Position numbers and translations under genes: made by a program. A stretch of 53,383 nt of DNA from Clostridia bacterium (GTDB lineage: Bacteria > Bacillota > Clostridia > Lachnospirales > Anaerotignaceae): contig JAQXNZ010000158.1 in assembly GCA_029098265.1 (NCBI GenBank), positions 1 through 53,383 on the forward strand, read 5' to 3'. The notes beneath the pieces are model-generated. The model saw nothing but the letters and a program-made list of their open reading frames with translations. It had not been told where the DNA came from and did not search any database. Positions 9,784 through 18,969 of the stretch are shown piece after piece; position 1 is the first letter of the stretch; each line of letters starts with the position of its first letter.

Positions 9784-10693
9784 TATGGTCACCTTTGCCG
9801 CTGAGGCTGAGGATATCGGCAAAAGAATAGATGTGTTTGCCGCCGAAAACTATGACGTACTTTCCAGAAGCGGATTGAAAAAAATAATAGACTCAGGCGG
9901 GGTATCCGTAAACGGCAAGGCGGTAAAGGCCAACTATAAGCTGAGGGCGGGAGACGTGGCAACACTTGTTATACCCGAGAGCGAGCCGCTTGAAATTGTT
10001 CCCCAGGATATACCGCTTGACATACTGTATGAGGACGATGACGTCATAGTCATAAACAAACCCCAGGGCATGGTGGTGCATCCTGCCCCGGGACATTATA
10101 CAGATACTCTGGTCAATGCCCTGCTTTACCATTGCGGAGACAGCCTTTCCGGCATAAACGGAGTGCTGAGACCCGGTATTGTCCACAGAATTGATATGGA
10201 CACATCCGGCGTAATAATGGCGGCTAAAAATAATAATGCCCACAGAAGTCTGGCGGCACAGCTGGCAGAACATTCCATAACAAGAAAATACAACGCTATA
10301 GTTTATAATAACATAAAAGAGGACGAGGGAACGGTGGACAAGCCCTTGGCGAGAAACCCCCAAGACAGAAAGAAAATTGCCGTTGTTCCCGGAGGAAGAA
10401 GGGCTGTAACCCACTACAGGGTGCTGGAGAGACTGGGCAAGTTCACATTTATAGAGGCACAGCTGGAAACGGGCAGAACTCACCAGATAAGGGTACACAT
10501 GTCCTATATCGGTCACCCGCTTTTGGGAGACGAGGTATACGGCCCGAAGAAACAGCCTTTTAATTTAAAAGGTCAGGTTCTGCATGCAAGGGTGCTTGGA
10601 TTTATACATCCGACCACGGGCGAGTATATGGAGTTTGAGTCGCCTCTGCCTGAGTATTTTGATATGCTGCTCAGAAAATGTAAGAATATTTAA
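9770..10693 (+). CDS. rluD: RluA/RluD-family 23S rRNA pseudouridine synthase with S4 domain
   Basis: NKPQGMVVHP, HRIDMDTSG, LETGRTHQIRVH, LHA motifs; classic position after lspA. Confidence 0.93.
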   Translation: MENSDMVTFAAEAEDIGKRIDVFAAENYDVLSRSGLKKIIDSGGVSVNGKAVKANYKLRAGDVATLVIPESEPLEIVPQDIPLDILYEDDDVIVINKPQGMVVHPAPGHYTDTLVNALLYHCGDSLSGINGVLRPGIVHRIDMDTSGVIMAAKNNNAHRSLAAQLAEHSITRKYNAIVYNNIKEDEGTVDKPLARNPQDRKKIAVVPGGRRAVTHYRVLERLGKFTFIEAQLETGRTHQIRVHMSYIGHPLLGDEVYGPKKQPFNLKGQVLHARVLGFIHPTTGEYMEFESPLPEYFDMLLRKCKNI

Positions 10694-10733
10694 GATTTAA
10701 AACAGAAATTAGTTGTTTGTATGAAATTTAAGG

Positions 10734-11684
10734 GTGAAAGTCGTGTTTTTGAACAGAAAAGATTTTTTGGGAATAAAGGACCTTTCCGCCGATGAACTGG
10801 ATTATATACTTAAAACGGCGGAAACAATGAAGTTTGTCATCAATCAGAAGAACAAAAAGGTGCCGCATCTTCAGGGTAAGTCGGTAATAATTCTTTTTTA
10901 TGAAACCAGCGCCAGAGCAAAGCTTTCCTATGAACTGGCGGCTCAGCATCTGAGCGCCAATGTGGTTGATATGATGGCAACTGCGGCAAGCGAGAAAAAG
11001 GAAAGGCTCCAGGATATGGGTCAGCTTATAGACCAGATGGGTGCGGATTTCATCATACTCAGACACCCCATGTCAGGTGCCGCAAGAATACTTGCCGACA
11101 GCGTTGAAGCATCGGTAATAAACGCAGGAGACGGATTTAACGAAAATCCCGGTCAGTCCCTTCTGGACCTTATGACGATAAAGGAACGAAAGGGCGGTTT
11201 TGAGGGACTGAAGGTCACTATAATCGGAGATATACTCCACAGCCGTGTTTCCAAAAGCAATATTTGGGGACTTTTAAAGCTGGGAGCACAGGTGTGTTTA
11301 ACAGGTCCGTCAACGCTTATTCCCAAGGAATTTTCGGATTTCGGAGTAAAAGTGTGCTATGACCCCAAGGAGGCCTTTGACGGGGCGGACGTAATACTTT
11401 CCACCAGAATTGGGTCAATGGTTGAGGATGACGGACTTATACCTACAATGGACGAATACAGAAGTATGTTCCTTGTGGACGAGAACCTTATGAAGTACGC
11501 CAAGAAGGACGCCATAGTAATGCACCCGGGACAGATACAGCGAGGCGTTGAGATAGCAACGAGCGTTGTCAACAGCCCCCAGTGTATTGTAAACGACCAG
11601 ATAGGAAACAGCGTGGCTGTCAGAATGGCTATGCTTTACATACTTTCACAGATAGGAGGCGGGCTCCGTGAAGCGATTGATTAA
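10734..11684 (+). CDS. pyrB: Aspartate carbamoyltransferase-like protein with a degenerate carbamoyl-phosphate/aspartate site
   Basis: Clear PyrB scaffold (RHP, INAGDG, QSLLDLMTI, GDILHSRV, RGVEI, VRMA), but STRT->SARA, HPTQ->NPGQ, RIQ->RIG, HPxP->HPGQ; homology certain, activity doubtful. Confidence 0.85.
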   Translation: MKVVFLNRKDFLGIKDLSADELDYILKTAETMKFVINQKNKKVPHLQGKSVIILFYETSARAKLSYELAAQHLSANVVDMMATAASEKKERLQDMGQLIDQMGADFIILRHPMSGAARILADSVEASVINAGDGFNENPGQSLLDLMTIKERKGGFEGLKVTIIGDILHSRVSKSNIWGLLKLGAQVCLTGPSTLIPKEFSDFGVKVCYDPKEAFDGADVILSTRIGSMVEDDGLIPTMDEYRSMFLVDENLMKYAKKDAIVMHPGQIQRGVEIATSVVNSPQCIVNDQIGNSVAVRMAMLYILSQIGGGLREAID

Positions 11685-12939
11685 AAACGGCTTTGTGGTT
11701 TCGGACATGACAGATATAAAAAAGCCTGCCGATGTCCTTATTGAGGATAACAAAATTACAGCCGTGGGCTACGATATTAAGGCGGAGGACGCCGAAATAA
11801 TAAATGCCGAGGGCATGTATGTTTTCCCGGGCTTTATCGATATGCACTGTACGATATGCGACCCGGGACACGAAAGTGTGGAGGATATAGAAACGGCATC
11901 TATGAGTGCGGCAAAGGGCGGCTTTACAAGCATTGCATGTATACCTGACACCGAGCCGGCTGTGGACAATAAAACTGTTGTAGAATACATAATAACGAAA
12001 AGCAGGGAATATTCCCATGTAAATATATATCCCTACGGAAGCATGACAATCGGCTGCAAGGGCGAAAAAGCTTCGGAAATGGGCGAAATGATAAGGGCAG
12101 GTGCAGTAGGCATAGCCGACGGCGACCTGACGGTGGAAAATGCAAAGCTCATGCGAAATATTTTCATCTATTCCAAAATGTTTGACGTTCCCGTGATTAC
12201 CCATTGTGAGGACAGAGCCCTTTCGGGCAGGGGCGTTATGAACGAGGGCAGAGTATCAACCATACTCGGTCTGAGGGGCATGCCCAGAGATGCTGAGGAC
12301 GTGATTGTCGCAAGAAATATTGTGCTTGCCGAAAATACGGGTGCCAGACTGCATATAGCCCATGTCAGCACTAAGGGCGCCGTACAGTATATAAGACAGG
12401 CCAAAAAGAGGGGAGTAAATGTTACCTGCGAGACCTGTCCCCATTACTTCACACTGACGGAAGAAGCAGCAATGAACTACAATACATACGCCAAAATAAT
12501 TCCGCCGTTGAGAACACAGGAGGATGCGGATGCTATAATCGAGGGTCTTGCGGACGGAACGATAGATGTAATTGCATCGGGACACATGCCCACAAGGATA
12601 GAGTATAAGCAGAGAGAATTTGATACGGCGGCATACGGCATATCTGCCTTTGAGACTGCCTTTGCGCTGAGCTGGACAGCCCTTGTAAAGACAGGTGTGC
12701 TGACAGAAGCACAGCTTGCAAAAAAGATGTCCGTAAACCCCGCAAAAATACTACGCTTTAAATCCAAGGGCAGCATTACGCCGGGTATGGATGCAGACAT
12801 AACAATAGCAGATACAAACAGAGAATATGTAATTGAACCGTCTGAATTTTATTCCAAGGCAAAATTTACGCCTGCCAAGGGCATGACGGTATGCGGCAGT
12901 ACAAGGCACTGTATTGTCGGAGGTAAATCAGTTTTTTAA
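11668..12939 (+). CDS. pyrC: Dihydroorotase-like (long type I, amidohydrolase fold) protein with a degenerate metal/catalytic site
   Basis: PyrC scaffold (PGFID, AAKGGFT, HCED, HIAHVST, VTCETCPHYF, PPLR, DADITI), but HxHxR->HCTIC and TDHAPH->SGHMPT; overlaps the pyrB-like ORF by 17 nt. Confidence 0.85.
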   Translation: MKRLIKNGFVVSDMTDIKKPADVLIEDNKITAVGYDIKAEDAEIINAEGMYVFPGFIDMHCTICDPGHESVEDIETASMSAAKGGFTSIACIPDTEPAVDNKTVVEYIITKSREYSHVNIYPYGSMTIGCKGEKASEMGEMIRAGAVGIADGDLTVENAKLMRNIFIYSKMFDVPVITHCEDRALSGRGVMNEGRVSTILGLRGMPRDAEDVIVARNIVLAENTGARLHIAHVSTKGAVQYIRQAKKRGVNVTCETCPHYFTLTEEAAMNYNTYAKIIPPLRTQEDADAIIEGLADGTIDVIASGHMPTRIEYKQREFDTAAYGISAFETAFALSWTALVKTGVLTEAQLAKKMSVNPAKILRFKSKGSITPGMDADITIADTNREYVIEPSEFYSKAKFTPAKGMTVCGSTRHCIVGGKSVF

Positions 12940-12951
12940 TGAGGTGCACCG

Positions 12952-15900
12952 ATGTATTTAAAGGAACTGGACTTACAGGGCTTTAAATCCTTTCCCGATA
13001 AGGTAAAGCTGGAATTTAATAAGGGAATAACGGCGGTGGTCGGCCCCAACGGCAGCGGAAAAAGCAATATTTCCGATGCGGTCAGGTGGGTGCTGGGCGA
13101 ACAGCGCCCCAAAAGCCTGAGAGGCGGCAAAATGGAGGATGTCATATTCGCAGGCACTGCCAACAGACGTCCTGTGGGCTTTGCCGAGGTGTCTATGGTC
13201 GTTGACAACAGCGATAGAAAAATGCCCGTGGACTATTCCGAGATAAAGATAACCAGGCGCGTATACCGCTCCGGCGAAAGCGGATATATGATAAACGGTA
13301 CGGAATGCCGTTTGAAGGATATATATGAGCTTTTTATGGACACCGGAATAGGACGTGACGGCTACAGCATAGTCGGACAGGGCAAGATAGACGAGATACT
13401 GAGCAATAAGTCCGAAGACAGAAGACAGCTTTTTGAGGAAGCCGCAGGAATAGTCAAATATAAAAACAGAAAGACCGAGGCCGAGACAAAGCTGGAAAAG
13501 GAACAGCAGAATCTTGTGCGCATTACGGACATAATAAGCGAAATCGAGTCCAAGATAGAACCGTTGGAAAAGCAGGCTCAAAAGGCAAAAAAATATCTTG
13601 AGCTATACGGCGAGATGAAGGAAGCCGACATAAGGCTGTTCAGAATAAACGGCGAAAGGCTGGAAAAAGAAACGGCAAACACGGCGGAGCTTATCAAAAA
13701 TGCCGCCGAAAACATGGAGGAAAGCGAAAAAACTCTGGAAAAGCTTAAGGCGGAGGAGGCGGAGATACGCAATGCCGCCGAGGAGCTTTCCGCACAGATG
13801 GAGGAGCTGAACCGTGAAGCGGCAAGGCTTGCCGGAGAGATAGAGAGAAACGGCGGGATATGCCGTCTGACAGAGGAACAGATTAAAAATCTTGAGGCTT
13901 CATCAGAAAGGCTTGAAAGAGAAAAGACAGCCAATGCGGAAAAAATTGCCGCCGACAGGGCAGAGACCGAGGCGCTGAGAGAAACATTGGAAAAGGCTGA
14001 AAAGAATATAGCAGATATGAGGGCGTCCTTAAAGGAAAAGGAGGAAGCCCTTAATGCCATGCTTGAAAAACAGAGCGAGCATGAGAAAAAGGTTGAAGGC
14101 TACAAGGCTGAGATGATAGAAAAAATTAAGCAGACTGCCGATATTAAAAGCTCAGCGGAGAGAACCGAAGCCATGCTTGAACAGTTCTCAGCCAGAAAAA
14201 AACAGCTGGCGGAGGAAAAAGGCAGTATTGAAAGGCGTTTAAAGGACAAAAGAATACAGGCCAAGTCGGCAGAGCTGAGAGCAGAGCAGAGCGCCGATAC
14301 GGCAGATGAAATAAAAAGAAGCATAGAAAGACTTGAAAACAAAAAGGCAGGCATTGAGAAGGTAATATCGGTAATCGATGACGGACTTTCGCAGAAAAGA
14401 CGACAGCTGACGGAAAAGGAGTCCAGACTGAGAGTGCTTTCCGCAATGGAAAGGGAGCATGAGGGCTATTATAAGTCCGTTAAGGCAGTGTTACGTCTTA
14501 AGGATAACGGAAATCTCGATTTCAAAGGCGTCAGAGGTGCAGTGGCACAGCTGTTTAAAACCGATGAGAAGTACGAGATTGCCGTTGAAACCGCATTGGG
14601 AGGTTCAGCCCAAAGCATAGTTGTGGACAGTGAAAATGATGCAAAGACAGCCGTTGCCTATCTTAAGGAAAACAAGCTGGGACGTGCCACATTCCTGCCC
14701 ATAGCCACGGTAAGGGGAAAAACACTGGGCGATGAAAAGGAAAGGCTGCTAAAGGAAAAGGGCGTTATAGCCGCTGCCTGCGATTTGGTAAGGTATGATA
14801 AGGAATATAAGGGCATAGCAGAAAGCCTGCTGGGCAGGATACTTGTTATCGATAACATGGATAACGCCATTGCCTTTGCAAGAAAATATAAGCAAAGCTA
14901 CCGTCTTGTGACCGTAGACGGAGAATCCTTTATGCCGGGCGGCGCCATAACGGGCGGCAGTATCGGCAAAAAGGACGGCGGAGTTTTCGGCAGAAAGCGT
15001 GAAATGGAAGCGCTGAAAGCAGATACGGAGGGACTTAGAGCCGCATGTGAGGGCCTTGAGTCCGAAAAAGAGAAAAACAGGCTGAAAGCCGACGGCATTG
15101 ACGAAGAAGCCAAGAGCCTTGAGGACGAGGCAAAGGAGGCCGATATTAAGCGCATAACAGCCGTCAATGAGGCCGAAAGGATAAAGACTGAGACGGCGGA
15201 GTTGGAGGAACAGCTGAGACTGGCGCTTATAGAGGAAAGACAGCTGGAGGAACAGAAGCTTTCGGCTGAAAGTGAACGTGAGAAAGCCAAGGAAGAGCTT
15301 AAGACCGTTGAAAATGATATAGTTGAATTGCAGTATAAGCTAAATTCCGGCAGAGAAAGCAGCGAAAGCGGCAGAAGCGGCAGAGAAACCGCCGCTGAAG
15401 AAATAACGGCACTGAAAATAGAAATTTCATCGGCAGGAGAAAGAAAACAGGCTCAGGCTGACAATCTCAGACGTTTGGAGGACGAAATTTCGGCGCTGGA
15501 AGCCGAGAAAGCTTCACTTGATAAGCAGATAGAGGAAAATGTCGCCGAAACAGAGGAAAAGAAAAAGCTGGCAGAGGCCGCCGAGGAAAGTACAAAACGC
15601 AGTATATCTAAAAAGGAGGACTGCGAAAGGAGACTGTCTGAGGTCAGCGAAGGCAGAAAGCATGAGAATGACAGGCTGACGGAAAGTCAGGAAAAGACAG
15701 ATGCCTGCCGTGAAACTATACTGAAATACAAAAATGAGCTTGTCCGTTTGGAGGCAAAGAACGAAAGACTGGAGGATGAAAAGAAACGGCTTTCCGATGA
15801 TATGTGGGAAAACTATGAAATAACCTATCCCGAGGCGCTTAAGATTGAGCTTGACGGCGAAAGTCCGTCGGACATAAAGAGGCGGGCGGGAGAGCTCAAA

Positions 15901-16524
15901 GCCGAAATTAAGGCACTGGGTTCGGTCAACGTAAATGCCGTTGACGAATACAAGGAGACAAAAGAGAGATATGAGTTCCTTTCGGGTCAGAAAAACGATA
16001 TAATGGACGCAGAGGAAAAGCTCAAGAAAATAATCGCCGACCTTTCGGAGCTTATGGAAAAGCAGTTCAGGGAAAAGCTTGAGGTCATATCGGAAAACTT
16101 CAATGAAGTGTTCCGTGAGATGTTCGGAGGCGGCAGGGCTTATCTTAAGCTGTCCGACGAGGACGATGTGCTCGGCTCCGGCATAGACATAATAGCACAG
16201 CCGCCGGGAAAAAACCTGCAGAACATGATGCTTCTGTCGGGAGGCGAGAGGGCGCTGACTGCCATAGCGATTCTGTTCTCCATACTTAAGATGAAGCCGT
16301 CACCTTTCTGTATACTGGACGAGATTGAGGCGGCTCTGGACGATGCCAACGTACACCGCTACGGCGATTATCTCAGGAGATTTTCGGGAGATACTCAGTT
16401 TATTGTCATAACCCACAGAAAGGGAACAATGGAGTCTGCCGATGTGCTGTACGGAGTAACAATGCAGGAGCAGGGCGTATCGAAGATAGTTTCCGTAAAA
16501 TTTGATGAGGCCGAGGGCCGATAA
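12952..16524 (+). CDS. smc: Chromosome segregation protein SMC
   Basis: GFKSF, Walker A GPNGSGKSN, long coiled coils, hinge GRATFLP/GGAITGG, LSGGE, Walker B DEIEAALD. Confidence 0.98.
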   Translation: MYLKELDLQGFKSFPDKVKLEFNKGITAVVGPNGSGKSNISDAVRWVLGEQRPKSLRGGKMEDVIFAGTANRRPVGFAEVSMVVDNSDRKMPVDYSEIKITRRVYRSGESGYMINGTECRLKDIYELFMDTGIGRDGYSIVGQGKIDEILSNKSEDRRQLFEEAAGIVKYKNRKTEAETKLEKEQQNLVRITDIISEIESKIEPLEKQAQKAKKYLELYGEMKEADIRLFRINGERLEKETANTAELIKNAAENMEESEKTLEKLKAEEAEIRNAAEELSAQMEELNREAARLAGEIERNGGICRLTEEQIKNLEASSERLEREKTANAEKIAADRAETEALRETLEKAEKNIADMRASLKEKEEALNAMLEKQSEHEKKVEGYKAEMIEKIKQTADIKSSAERTEAMLEQFSARKKQLAEEKGSIERRLKDKRIQAKSAELRAEQSADTADEIKRSIERLENKKAGIEKVISVIDDGLSQKRRQLTEKESRLRVLSAMEREHEGYYKSVKAVLRLKDNGNLDFKGVRGAVAQLFKTDEKYEIAVETALGGSAQSIVVDSENDAKTAVAYLKENKLGRATFLPIATVRGKTLGDEKERLLKEKGVIAAACDLVRYDKEYKGIAESLLGRILVIDNMDNAIAFARKYKQSYRLVTVDGESFMPGGAITGGSIGKKDGGVFGRKREMEALKADTEGLRAACEGLESEKEKNRLKADGIDEEAKSLEDEAKEADIKRITAVNEAERIKTETAELEEQLRLALIEERQLEEQKLSAESEREKAKEELKTVENDIVELQYKLNSGRESSESGRSGRETAAEEITALKIEISSAGERKQAQADNLRRLEDEISALEAEKASLDKQIEENVAETEEKKKLAEAAEESTKRSISKKEDCERRLSEVSEGRKHENDRLTESQEKTDACRETILKYKNELVRLEAKNERLEDEKKRLSDDMWENYEITYPEALKIELDGESPSDIKRRAGELKAEIKALGSVNVNAVDEYKETKERYEFLSGQKNDIMDAEEKLKKIIADLSELMEKQFREKLEVISENFNEVFREMFGGGRAYLKLSDEDDVLGSGIDIIAQPPGKNLQNMMLLSGGERALTAIAILFSILKMKPSPFCILDEIEAALDDANVHRYGDYLRRFSGDTQFIVITHRKGTMESADVLYGVTMQEQGVSKIVSVKFDEAEGR

Positions 16525-16535
16525 GGAGAGATATT

Positions 16536-17846
16536 ATGGGATTTTTAGATTTCCTTAAGGGAAAGGAATACAAAGAGGAAAATGTTGAGAACAGCGCTGA
16601 AAATCAGACCGCCGAGGAATCCGTTGAGGAAATAGTCCGCGGCGCTGTCAGCGAGATAGAGGAGGAGACCGAGGAAAAGGTCAGCGAGGACATCGTTGAT
16701 GAGGTCGTTGAAAAGATGACAGGTCTTGAAAACGAGGTAAAGCACGATGTTGAAGTGAGCATGGCTTCGGGAGAAATGCCTGCGGAAAATGCTGAAACCG
16801 ATGCAGAGGACGAGCAGGAAACGGAACAGGCGGAAGAAGCCGAAGCAGAGGAAGAAGCAGCGGAGGAATCCGAAGAAGCTGAAGAAGCAGAGGCTGTGAC
16901 AGAAACGGCTGCGGAAGTTACCGAGGAGCATAAAAAAGGCTTTTTCGCAAGACTTAAAGAGGGTCTGGAAAAGACCAGAAAAAATATATTCGGCGGACTG
17001 GATTCACTTTTGGGTGGATTTACGAAAATAGATGACGATTTATTCGACGAACTGGAGGAAAGCCTTATTATGGCCGACCTCGGCGTTGAGACCACGATGA
17101 AAATAATCGAAAATCTTAAAAAGAGGGTAAAAAAGGAGCATGTCGAGGATCCTGCACTTATCAAGGGCATGCTTGAGGAAGAAATAACCGCTATACTTAC
17201 CGAGGGCGCAGAGGAAGAATTTAAGATAATTCCTCCCACCGTTATACTTGTTATCGGCGTAAACGGAGTGGGCAAGACGACAACAATAGGAAAGCTTGCG
17301 GCAAACTATAAGGCCGAGGGCAAGACCGTCCTGCTTGCGGCAGCCGATACATTCAGAGCCGCCGCTATAGACCAGCTTAAAATATGGGGCGAGAGGACAA
17401 ACACGGATGTTATATGCCATGAGGAAAACTCCGATCCTGCGGCTGTTGTGTTTGATGCGGTAAATGCGGCAAAAAGCCGTAAGACCGACGTGCTGATATG
17501 CGATACGGCAGGAAGGCTTCACAATAAAAAGAACCTTATGGAGGAGCTTAAAAAGATAGCCAAGGTAATCGGCAGAGAATATCCGGAAGCCAACACAGAG
17601 GTATTTCTTGTGCTTGATGCCACAACGGGACAGAATGCCCTCCAGCAGGCAAAGCTGTTCAACGAGGTTGCGGATATAACGGGACTTGTGCTTACAAAGC
17701 TTGACGGTACTGCCAAGGGCGGAATAGTAATAGCCATAAAGAATGAAATGAGCATACCCGTAAGATATATCGGCGTCGGTGAGGGCGTTGGAGATTTGCA
17801 GGCCTTTGACCCTGCGGAATTCTCAAAGGCACTCTTTGAAAAATAA
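16536..17846 (+). CDS. ftsY: SRP receptor FtsY with acidic N-terminal extension
   Basis: [37 protein letters not shown]. Confidence 0.97.
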   Translation: MGFLDFLKGKEYKEENVENSAENQTAEESVEEIVRGAVSEIEEETEEKVSEDIVDEVVEKMTGLENEVKHDVEVSMASGEMPAENAETDAEDEQETEQAEEAEAEEEAAEESEEAEEAEAVTETAAEVTEEHKKGFFARLKEGLEKTRKNIFGGLDSLLGGFTKIDDDLFDELEESLIMADLGVETTMKIIENLKKRVKKEHVEDPALIKGMLEEEITAILTEGAEEEFKIIPPTVILVIGVNGVGKTTTIGKLAANYKAEGKTVLLAAADTFRAAAIDQLKIWGERTNTDVICHEENSDPAAVVFDAVNAAKSRKTDVLICDTAGRLHNKKNLMEELKKIAKVIGREYPEANTEVFLVLDATTGQNALQQAKLFNEVADITGLVLTKLDGTAKGGIVIAIKNEMSIPVRYIGVGEGVGDLQAFDPAEFSKALFEK

Positions 17847-17872
17847 GTTCAGGCTGAGGGGCGGATTATATA

Positions 17873-18130
17873 ATGGGAGAACTATCTAAACTTCCGAATA
17901 TTGGGAAGGCTGTTGAAAAGCAGCTTGAGGAAGCAGGAATAAGCACATACGAGGAGCTTAAAAACATAGGCGCCGAGGGAGCATGGCTGAAAATACAGGC
18001 AAATGATCCATCGACCTGCATTCACAGACTGCTGGCCCTTGAGGGAGCAATAGAGTGCGTAAAGAAGTCGGATATTGAGCAGGAGAGGAAGGCAGAATTA
18101 AAAGAATTTTACAACAGGAATAAGAAATAA
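17873..18130 (+). CDS. TfoX C-terminal-domain small protein
   Basis: LSKLPNIG..E.QL..AGI helix-hairpin-helix-like start, L.ALEGAI motif. Confidence 0.85.
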   Translation: MGELSKLPNIGKAVEKQLEEAGISTYEELKNIGAEGAWLKIQANDPSTCIHRLLALEGAIECVKKSDIEQERKAELKEFYNRNKK

Positions 18131-18140
18131 GAGGTTTATT

Positions 18141-18890
18141 ATGGAAATGTTATTGATAATACTGGCAAATGCCGTTGTCGGCTTTATTGTCGGTGTTTGC
18201 GGTGTGTCAGGTTTTCTGCTTCCCATGTTCTATGCGGCAGTGACGCATTTTTCGGTGGGAGAATATCTTGCGTTAAGCTATTTCGCATTTATATTCTCCG
18301 GACTTTTGGCAACGGTTGGCTGTAAGGACGGCATATCCCGTGAGAAAAAGACCATAGGCTGGCTCTGTCTGGGAAGTGCCATAGGTGCTGTATTCGGTGT
18401 TAAGCTCAATTCGTTTATAGCACCGCAGCACGTTAAGATTATACTCTATGTGGTAGTGCTTCTGGCAGGTATTTCTATACTTGTAACTGGAAGAAAAAAT
18501 AAAAAGGCTGTGGGGCGAAGCCGTAAGCTGGACTCCAGAGTATTCATGCTTGCGTTCGGTGTTGTTACGGGAACGGTATGCGCCATAGGCGGTTCGGGAG
18601 GGCCGATACTTGTTATGCCGCTTATAACGGCTATGGGTATGGAGGTACATACGGCAATGGCAGTGGGACTGCTCGACTCGCTGTTTGTGTCGGGTCCGGC
18701 ATTTGTCGGCTATATAAGAGCGGTTGACGCAGGCAGTCTGGCGGTATACATGGCAGTAATACTGGTATCCTACGGCGGTGCGGCACTGGTCGGAAGAAAG
18801 CTTTCGTCAAAAATAGCATCTGAGCCGCTTAAAAAGGCAGTCGGAGTGTTTTCGATAATTATATCGATATATATGCTGTGGACTGTATAG
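18141..18890 (+). CDS. TauE/SafE-family (sulfite exporter-like) membrane protein
   Basis: About 8 TM segments with two internally repeated Gly-rich motifs (GVCGVSG..P; AIGGSGG..P). Confidence 0.8.
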   Translation: MEMLLIILANAVVGFIVGVCGVSGFLLPMFYAAVTHFSVGEYLALSYFAFIFSGLLATVGCKDGISREKKTIGWLCLGSAIGAVFGVKLNSFIAPQHVKIILYVVVLLAGISILVTGRKNKKAVGRSRKLDSRVFMLAFGVVTGTVCAIGGSGGPILVMPLITAMGMEVHTAMAVGLLDSLFVSGPAFVGYIRAVDAGSLAVYMAVILVSYGGAALVGRKLSSKIASEPLKKAVGVFSIIISIYMLWTV

Positions 18891-18969
18891 GGCTTGATAT
18901 GACTGCATTCGGCGCAGTGGGTGCTTAAAAGCCGCTGTAGCTTTATCCTGAAACGGAGGGAGACTGCTT

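Noticed and set aside
10734-12939. Calling pyrB/pyrC ordinary pyrimidine biosynthesis genes, or classical pseudogenes
   Set aside because: Key catalytic residues are missing, yet there are no stops or frameshifts and the scaffolds are intact
13560-15900. Repeat-like or array-like sequence inside smc
   Set aside because: Purine-rich coiled-coil coding sequence with no fixed-length repeat-spacer pattern, so not CRISPR
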